The notes under the pieces: model-generated
Seen by the model: the letters and a program-made list of their open reading frames with translations, nothing else
Told to the model about the DNA's origin: nothing
Databases searched by the model: none
Assembly (NCBI GenBank): GCA_050015075.1
Contig: JBEKCB010000022.1
Span: forward strand, 23,478 to 87,477
Direction of reading: 5' to 3'
Source of the DNA: Candidatus Brocadiia bacterium
Lineage (GTDB): Bacteria; Planctomycetota; Brocadiia; CAIUPP01
Length of the DNA: 64,000 bases
In this document: piece after piece, positions 57,876-64,000 of the stretch
How positions within the stretch are numbered: the first letter of the stretch is position 1
How the letters are laid out: every line of letters starts with the position of its first letter
Position numbers and translations under genes: made by a program

Positions 57876-58589
57876 CTATAGTTTCTTCAGCTCCGCCAGG
57901 CTCGTGAAACCTTCCTCGCCGATGATCACGTGATCGAGCAGCTTGATGCCGGTCAATTCGCAGACTTCACGGATGCGCTTCGTCACGCGGATGTCGTCGG
58001 CGCTGGGCTCGGGATCTCCGCTGGGATGGTTATGCACGACAATGATCGCGGAGGCGGCTTCGGCGACGGCGGCCTGGAGCACGTCGCGCGGGTTGACCAG
58101 GGCGACGCTGAGGCCGCCCTTGGAAATCTCCACTTCCCGCAGCACGCGGTTCTTCACGTCCAGCAGCACGCAGTAGAAGCACTCCTGTTTCTGCGACCGA
58201 AGCCGCTGGTAGAAGTGCGCGAAGACCTCCTCGCTGCTCGTGAACTTCCGTCCGCGGCGAAGCGTCGGGCCGGCCAGCCGCGCGCCGAGCGCCAGCGCGG
58301 CTTTGACCTGCGCCGCCCGCGCCGGGCCGATGCCGTGAGTCTTGCAGAGTTCGGCGATGCTCTTCCTGGACAAGCCGCTCAGGCTGTTGTCGGATTCCGC
58401 GAGCAGGCGCCGCGCCAGGTCCAGCGCGCTTTCCCTGCGCGTGCCGTCGCGGATGATGATCGCCAGCAACTCGGCTTCCGTCAGGGCCTCCGCGCCCTTC
58501 GCCAGGAGCCGCTCGCGCGGCCGCTCATCCGGCGGAAGCTCTTTGATCGTCAGCCGCCGCGGTTCCGGCGGCTGCTCGTATTTCTCCAC
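57876..58589 (-). CDS. radC: RadC (UPF0758, JAB domain) protein
   Basis: ERPRERLL..GAEAL...ELLAI, GIGPARA, HNHPSGDPEPSADD, LLDHVII. Confidence 0.94.
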   Translation of the reverse strand: MEKYEQPPEPRRLTIKELPPDERPRERLLAKGAEALTEAELLAIIIRDGTRRESALDLARRLLAESDNSLSGLSRKSIAELCKTHGIGPARAAQVKAALALGARLAGPTLRRGRKFTSSEEVFAHFYQRLRSQKQECFYCVLLDVKNRVLREVEISKGGLSVALVNPRDVLQAAVAEAASAIIVVHNHPSGDPEPSADDIRVTKRIREVCELTGIKLLDHVIIGEEGFTSLAELKKL

Positions 58590-58632
58590 GAGTTCCCTCC
58601 GTCCCGGCCCGGAACTCCGCCGGAGTTTCAGC

Positions 58633-59325
58633 CTACATGCGCATCCGCCTGGTCTTGCGGACGGGCCTCGGCGTCGAAGGCGACTGGGCCAGCGCCGTGC
58701 CCACGATCTCCTCCGGATCGTCGGAAATGACCATCAGCGAGCGGTCCGACGGCAGGATGTAGCCTTCGCGGATCGTCTTTCGATCAATCCAGTCCAGGAG
58801 CCCCTGCCAGTAATCCTTGCCGACGAGGACCACCGGGAAATGCGGGTGCCGGCTGGTCTGGATCAGCATCAGCGACTCGAACAACTCGTCCAGCGTGCCG
58901 TATCCGCCCGGGAAGATCACGTAGGCGAGCGAGTGATAGAGGAACATGTACTTGCGCGTGAAGAAGTACCGGAAATGCAGCACCTTGGTCAGGTAGGGGT
59001 TCGGCTTCTGCTCGGTGGGCAGGTCAATGTTGAGGCCGATGGAGACGCCGCCGGCATCGAACGCGCCGCGATTGGCCGCCTCCATGATGCCCGGCCCGGC
59101 GCCGGTGATGACCGCGACGCCGCGCTGGGCGATCATGCCTCCGACGCGGCGCGCCAGCCGGTACTCGGCGCTGGTCCGCTTCGAGCGCGTGGCGCCGAAG
59201 ACGCAGACGCCCGGCGCCATGCCGCTGAGGTCCTCGAATCCTTGCACGAACTCGCTCATGACCCGCAGCACGCGCCAGGGTTGCTGCGCAAAGGTGCCGT
59301 CGGGGTTGGTCGGTCGTATCGCCAT
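58633..59325 (-). CDS. LOG family nucleotide phosphoribohydrolase
   Basis: TGAGPGIMEAANRGA, FRYFFTRK, FPGGYGTLDELFE. Confidence 0.92.
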   Translation of the reverse strand: MAIRPTNPDGTFAQQPWRVLRVMSEFVQGFEDLSGMAPGVCVFGATRSKRTSAEYRLARRVGGMIAQRGVAVITGAGPGIMEAANRGAFDAGGVSIGLNIDLPTEQKPNPYLTKVLHFRYFFTRKYMFLYHSLAYVIFPGGYGTLDELFESLMLIQTSRHPHFPVVLVGKDYWQGLLDWIDRKTIREGYILPSDRSLMVISDDPEEIVGTALAQSPSTPRPVRKTRRMRM

Positions 59326-59349
59326 CGTTCCGCGCTCTCCAGGTTCCGC

Positions 59350-60405
59350 CTATCCCAAGGCGGCCACAACGAGGTCTCCGACTTCGCGGGTGCCGAAGCC
59401 CATCCGGCCGGCGGCCATGGATTTGAGCTTGGTGCCCGTAACGCTCTTGACGGCGGCTTCGATGTTCTGCGCCGCGCGCTTCTTGCCGAGGTGATTGAGC
59501 AGCATGCCCGCCGCGCAGATCGCGGCCAGCGGGTTGATCACGTTCTTGCCGGTGTACTTCGGCGCGGACCCGCCGATCGGCTCGAACATGCTGACGCCCT
59601 TGGGATTGATGTTGCCGCCGGCGGCGATGCCCATGCCGCCCTGGATCATCGCGCCCAGGTCGGTGATGATGTCGCCGAACATGTTGTCCGTCACGATCAC
59701 GTCGAACCGGTCCGGGTTCTTGATCATCCACATGCAGGTCGCGTCCACGTGCGCGTACTCGCGCTTGATGTCGGCGAAATCGCGGTCGCCGATTTCGTGG
59801 AACGCGCGCTCCCACAGGTCCCAGGCGTACGTGAGCACATTGGTCTTGCCGCAGAGCGTGAGCGTCTTGTTTTTCTTCCGCTCGCGGCAATACTCGAAGG
59901 CGTACCGCAGGCAGCGCTCCACGCCTCCGCGCGTGTTGATCGAGGTCTGGATCGCCACTTCCTGCGGCGTGCCCTTGCGGAGGAACCCGCCGGTCCCCGC
60001 GTAAAGCCCTTCGGTATTCTCGCGGACCACGATGAAGTCAATGTCCTCGGGCTTCCGGTCCTTCAGCGGGCAATCCACGCCGGGATAAAGCTGGACGGGC
60101 CGGAGATTGATGTATTGATCCAGCTCGAAGCGCAGCCGCAGCAGCAGGCCCTTTTCGAGGATTCCGGGCTTGACGTCCGGATGGCCGACCGCGCCGAGGA
60201 AGAGGACGTCCAGGCGGCGGATTTCCTCCAGGGCGGAATCGGGCAGGATCTCGCCGGTCCGCAGGTAGCGTTCTCCGCCGAAATCGTACGTCACCGTTTC
60301 GTACTTGATATCGTGCTTCTTGCAGGCCGCCGCCATGACCTTCAGCGCTTCGCGGGTCACTTCCGGCCCCGTGCCGTCTCCTGGGATGACTCCGATCTTG
60401 TACAC
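59350..60405 (-). CDS. leuB: 3-isopropylmalate dehydrogenase (isocitrate/isopropylmalate family)
   Basis: PGDGTGPEV, VRENTEG, TDNMFGDIITD, MFEPIGGSAP. Confidence 0.85.
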   Translation of the reverse strand: MYKIGVIPGDGTGPEVTREALKVMAAACKKHDIKYETVTYDFGGERYLRTGEILPDSALEEIRRLDVLFLGAVGHPDVKPGILEKGLLLRLRFELDQYINLRPVQLYPGVDCPLKDRKPEDIDFIVVRENTEGLYAGTGGFLRKGTPQEVAIQTSINTRGGVERCLRYAFEYCRERKKNKTLTLCGKTNVLTYAWDLWERAFHEIGDRDFADIKREYAHVDATCMWMIKNPDRFDVIVTDNMFGDIITDLGAMIQGGMGIAAGGNINPKGVSMFEPIGGSAPKYTGKNVINPLAAICAAGMLLNHLGKKRAAQNIEAAVKSVTGTKLKSMAAGRMGFGTREVGDLVVAALG

Positions 60406-60469
60406 AGCGTGTCCTTCCTCTGGTTAAAACTCCGCGCGATTCCTTCACGAAGCCTGGCCTGCGGAGCCG

Positions 60470-61957
60470 TCACGACTTCCGCGGCTGCGGGCGCGGCGGG
60501 ATCTCTTCCACGACAAACAGTGACTTGTAGACGCGCAGCGTGTCGCCCGGCCGTATGGACGCGGAGGCGACGCGCGCGCCGTTGACGAAAACTCCGTTGC
60601 GACTGCCCAGATCCTTCACTTCCGCCTTCTCCGGCCCGAGAACGATCTCGGCGTGCCGCCGCGAGACGGACCCGTCCGGAATGGTCAGGTCGAGGCCGTC
60701 GTCGCGCCCGATGATCATCGAACGCCGCGCGATGACGAACCGCTGTCCCTCCAGCGGCCCTTTGATGCACAGCAACCGAAGGTCGCCCGGCTTGAAGGCC
60801 TTGAACGGCACGTGCGCGACGGCATCCGCGCGCGGCACCTTCGTTCCCCTGCGCAGGAATGGATCGGAGACCGGCTCGACTTCGACCTCCGCGGCGATAT
60901 TCCAATCCTTGGAGCCTTCCGCCTTCGACTCCGGAGCCGCAGCGGGCTTCTGCTCCACGGCGGGCCCCGTCGGCCGATCGGCTTTTCCGCCGATCGGCGG
61001 CGGCACGAGGTCGAAAGCAAGTGTGACCGGCCCGATGGAGATATTGTCTCCATCGTTGAGCAACTTCCAGTCCGCGTGGACGCCGTTGACCTTCGTCCCC
61101 GCAGCGCTCAGCAGGTCCGCCAGCCGGACCCCCTGCTGCGTTTGAGCGATCTGCGCATGGAAAGCGGCGACGGCCGCCTCCCTCAGATGCACGTTGGCCA
61201 GCATGTGCCGGCCGATGACCAGCGGCGACGAACCCAGGTAGAACTCCGCGGCCTTGCGCGAGCCTTCCGCAATCCGCACTCGCGCGCAAGGCGCGCCGCC
61301 GGCCGCAGCCGGGTCCACCGGCTCCGCCGCGGGCTGATCGCCGTAGTCGGGCAGGAAGAGCAGCAACGCGCTGCCCAGCTTGACCAGGTCGTATGGAACC
61401 AGCTTATGAGTTCGGACGCGCTGATCGTTGACGAGAATGCCGCCGCCGGGCACGGCTTCTTCGATCTCGTGAGTCTCCTCGCGAAAGCTCAGCCTCGCAT
61501 GCAGTTCCAGGACGCCGGCATCCGACAGGACGATATCGCAACTTGCGCCTTTGCCGAGCGTCGCCATGCGCGGCGGCAGCGGGTAGACCTTCGTCTGCGC
61601 GCCCTTGTGGACGTGTGCCAGCACAAAGCCGCGCGCACGGTGCAGCGGCAGGTGAAGGTCATCCGCCGTTTCCTCCTCGGAGGTCGCTGCCGGCGGAGCC
61701 GTTGCAGCCTGGGGAGCAGCCGGGACCCGCGGAGCAACCGGGACAACCGGCGCCGCGCCGTCCAAGCTCGCCCGGATTTCGGCGATGGCCGCTTCGCTCA
61801 TATAGGCCTTGCGCTGGACGGTCTGCCAGAGCCGCTGTTTCGAGCCGACGCGCTCAAGCGCCACGAGGATCTCGACGCATTCCTCGAGTTGATCCTGCGT
61901 AAGACGCCCGGCGCTGACGGCGCGCTTGCCGAATTCGTAATCCATCTCCTGCGGCAT
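60470..61957 (-). CDS. Protein with three FHA domains
   Basis: LGK...HARL, IGRH...HAQI...GTKVNG, IGRD...VSRRHAEI...DLGSRNGVFVNG; N-terminal helical GRLTQDQLEEC domain. Confidence 0.85.
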   Translation of the reverse strand: MPQEMDYEFGKRAVSAGRLTQDQLEECVEILVALERVGSKQRLWQTVQRKAYMSEAAIAEIRASLDGAAPVVPVAPRVPAAPQAATAPPAATSEEETADDLHLPLHRARGFVLAHVHKGAQTKVYPLPPRMATLGKGASCDIVLSDAGVLELHARLSFREETHEIEEAVPGGGILVNDQRVRTHKLVPYDLVKLGSALLLFLPDYGDQPAAEPVDPAAAGGAPCARVRIAEGSRKAAEFYLGSSPLVIGRHMLANVHLREAAVAAFHAQIAQTQQGVRLADLLSAAGTKVNGVHADWKLLNDGDNISIGPVTLAFDLVPPPIGGKADRPTGPAVEQKPAAAPESKAEGSKDWNIAAEVEVEPVSDPFLRRGTKVPRADAVAHVPFKAFKPGDLRLLCIKGPLEGQRFVIARRSMIIGRDDGLDLTIPDGSVSRRHAEIVLGPEKAEVKDLGSRNGVFVNGARVASASIRPGDTLRVYKSLFVVEEIPPRPQPRKS

Positions 61958-62000
61958 GCGTCAAATCTCCGAGTTCGCAACAGGACTGCGACAGAGCCGG

Positions 62001-62030
62001 ATTATAGCCCACGTCTTTCGTGGCTTTCAA
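62001..62030 (-). promoter_or_regulatory. Putative internal promoter for the FHA gene within the rluA 3' end
   Basis: Minus strand TTGAAA-18 nt-TATAAT. Confidence 0.5.
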
Positions 62031-62988
62031 GTGACCGGGCGCGGCGCAGCCGGTTGAGGACCTTTTCCAGTTCGTCCGGCAGCGCAAGGGAAAACGCCAG
62101 CGGGCGGCCCGTTTCGGGGTGCCGGAACTTCAGGGCGCCGGCATGCAGGAACATTCGGCCCAGGCCCGCCGCGCGCGAGAGCTGCGCATTGGCGGCGGCA
62201 TCGCCCTCGTCCGGGTCGCCCGCAACCGGATGGCCCAGCGCCCTGAAATGAAGTCGAATCTGCCGCCAGCGGCCGGTCTGCGGCTGCGCTTCCACGAGCG
62301 TCGCGCCGTCGAAGCGCTCCAGGACGCGGTATCGCGTGAGCGCGCGCTGCGGCTCGCCCGCGCCCGCGACGCCCACGGCGCGCCCGCCGCGCCGAACCCG
62401 ACCCAGCGGCAAGCTGACTTGGCCCGACTCCTGCGGAAGCCGGCCCACCAGCAACGCCGTGTACCGCTTCTCGGCCTCGTGCCTCCGGAACTGGCCCGAG
62501 AGCCGCTCGTGCGCCTCGACGTTTTTCGCGATGACCATCAGGCCGGAGGTGTCGCGGTCGAGCCGGTGGACCATGCCGTAGTCGTGCTCCGGCCCGATGC
62601 GGTCCTGCGCCTTGCCGTAGCGCGCGATGAGCCCGTTGAGCAGCGTGTCGAGTTTGTGGCCGATGCCCGGCTCGGAGACGAGCCCCGCCGGTTTCTCGAG
62701 CACCGCGATGGAGTCGTCTTCATAGACGACGCGGACCGGCACTTCCGGATTCGGCGCCACAAGGAACGCGCCGGCGGGCAGGTGAATCTCGACCTGCTGT
62801 CCTGCCCGCAGCCGCGTCTTCTCGCCGCCCGGCGCGCCATCCACCAGCACGAACCCCTTGCGCAGGAGTTTGTTCAGAAAGCCGACAGGCGCCTCGGGAC
62901 AGTGCCGGGCAATGAAGTCCTTCAAAGGCCGCGCCTCGTCCTCGCGCGAGGTCTTCAGCGAACGCCTCAACGTCTGGTCTTCAGCCAT
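62002..62988 (-). CDS. RluA/RluD family pseudouridine synthase
   Basis: S4-like N-terminus, KPAGL, VHRLDRDTSG, TGRWRQIR (HQIR variant), LHA. Confidence 0.92.
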   Translation of the reverse strand: MAEDQTLRRSLKTSREDEARPLKDFIARHCPEAPVGFLNKLLRKGFVLVDGAPGGEKTRLRAGQQVEIHLPAGAFLVAPNPEVPVRVVYEDDSIAVLEKPAGLVSEPGIGHKLDTLLNGLIARYGKAQDRIGPEHDYGMVHRLDRDTSGLMVIAKNVEAHERLSGQFRRHEAEKRYTALLVGRLPQESGQVSLPLGRVRRGGRAVGVAGAGEPQRALTRYRVLERFDGATLVEAQPQTGRWRQIRLHFRALGHPVAGDPDEGDAAANAQLSRAAGLGRMFLHAGALKFRHPETGRPLAFSLALPDELEKVLNRLRRARSLESHERRGL

Positions 62989-63079
62989 TTCTCGGCGACT
63001 CCTGATCGCGCGCGGGGCAGCCTTCGAGGAAAACCTCGAATAACCCTTGATAAATCTAAAGAAATATGGTTATTTGGTG

Positions 63080-63108
63080 TTGCAAGCGTAGAAACCGTGT
63101 GATATGCT
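63080..63108 (+). promoter_or_regulatory. Putative sigma70 promoter for HU
   Basis: TTGCAA-17 nt-TATGCT with a TG extension. Confidence 0.55.
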
Positions 63109-63214
63109 ACCGCGCATTCAGGGGTAAGCGCAAGGGACTGACGCAGGCAAGAGGAGCGCGCGCGGCAATGGGCCGCGCCGGTTAGACTGGGTCCTTGGAG
63201 AAAGGTGGAATTCG

Positions 63215-63487
63215 ATGGCAATGACGAAGACGCAGATCGTCAAAGAGCTGGCGGAGTCGGTCGAGATCAGCAAGAAGCAGGCCGTGTGCGCGCTGGAAGC
63301 CATTACGAAGATGGCTTACCGCGAAGCGAAGAACGGCTTCACGCTGCCGGGCATCGGCAAGCTCGTGCTCGTGAACCGCAGCGCCCGCGTCGGCCGCAAT
63401 CCGAAGACTGGTGAGCCGATCCAGATCCCGGCCAAGAAAGTGGTCAAGTTCCGCGTTGCCAAAGCCGCCAAGGAAGCGGTTCTGTAA
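63215..63487 (+). CDS. hup: HU family DNA-binding protein
   Basis: MTKTQIV, LPGIGK, ARVGRNPKTGEPIQIPAK. Confidence 0.95.
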   Translation: MAMTKTQIVKELAESVEISKKQAVCALEAITKMAYREAKNGFTLPGIGKLVLVNRSARVGRNPKTGEPIQIPAKKVVKFRVAKAAKEAVL

Positions 63488-63521
63488 ACCGGCGACATTC
63501 GGCCTGAGTTTCGAAGACGAC

Positions 63522-63563
63522 AGGAGCGGTGCGCCCCGACAGAGGCGTGCCGCTCCTTCTTTT
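63522..63563 (+). terminator. Rho-independent terminator after HU
   Basis: aggagcggtgcgcc-loop-ggcgtgccgctcct followed by tctttt. Confidence 0.8.
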
Positions 63564-63564
63564 G

Positions 63565-64000
63565 TCACGCCTCATTCGCCCGGTCCGCCGCTGACGGCGA
63601 GGCCGCCACGGCCAGCAGCAGCGTGAAACTGATGAAGTAATAATAGTTGATGAACGCCTGTTTGCCCAGCAGGAAGAAAACCAGCCATGAGGTCGCCATC
63701 GAGAACAGCCACCCGCCCAGAGTGCGCGGCATCTTCCATGTGAGCCATACCATCGCCAGCAGCCAGATCCCCACGCTGACCTTCGCCGGCAGTTCCACGC
63801 CTTGGCGGGCCATCGCGCCGTAGATGGAAAGCGAGTCCGCCCGTCCCGGCGATTCGACGAAGAAGCGCACCGTCTTGCCCACCAGCGCGCCGAAATCCCA
63901 GAGGAGGAACGGCAGCGTCAGGACGGTCCCGACGATGGCGGCCCAGAGCCACGTGTTGGCCGACGCGCGCCGCAGCCGGATCAGCAGCGGAACCGCAAGG
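63565..64000 (-). CDS. Polytopic membrane protein, possibly a GT-C/GT87-like glycosyltransferase; 5' part outside the window
   Basis: Hydrophobic ORF open to the window end; QAFINYYYF motif. Confidence 0.55.
   Translation of the reverse strand, partial: LAVPLLIRLRRASANTWLWAAIVGTVLTLPFLLWDFGALVGKTVRFFVESPGRADSLSIYGAMARQGVELPAKVSVGIWLLAMVWLTWKMPRTLGGWLFSMATSWLVFFLLGKQAFINYYYFISFTLLLAVAASPSAADRANEA

Noticed and set aside
57876-58589. radC as a marker of a mobile element
   Set aside because: It is the full-length chromosomal type among housekeeping genes, with no mobility genes nearby.
63110-63210. tRNA or ncRNA upstream of HU
   Set aside because: Only a short GC hairpin; no cloverleaf, T-loop or known RNA motif was recognised.

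Overview
GC-rich bacterial chromosomal window, probably Planctomycetota/PVC-like, inferred from DUF1559/H-X9-DG pilins and a pilB-pilT-pilB-pilC core. It holds about 49 CDS, mostly housekeeping or metabolic: glycogen genes (GH57, glgA, GH57), a GAF/PAS histidine kinase, purB, thiE, hisA, galK-trpD, a uxaE sugar-acid cluster, ilvE, kdsA, pcm, recJ, purQ, radC, LOG, leuB, rluA and HU. The standout is a ~20 kb type IV pilus operon (32930-53291) with eight prepilin-like genes. (1) These pilins are unusually large and built from shared modules: six CBM5/12-like W..Y..G..V...G..Y.C..N...PP..W units, about seven GxGxGQxRxIxxNT units, and one domain resembling the N-terminus of phage tail fibres. (2) Six of the eight pilin genes carry a 7-nt tandem-repeat element at the 5' end, usually as an inverted pair. 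In five genes it is translated within the cleavable leader peptide, and in the sixth it is covered by a 39-aa mini-ORF with ATGA overlaps at both ends. The rest of the window has many palindromic tandem-repeat elements with 6-10 nt periods, and two REP-like palindromes sit in-frame inside a DUF2851 gene. No rRNA, tRNA, CRISPR array, transposase, integrase or reverse transcriptase was recognised. Family assignments come from motif recognition, not database searches.
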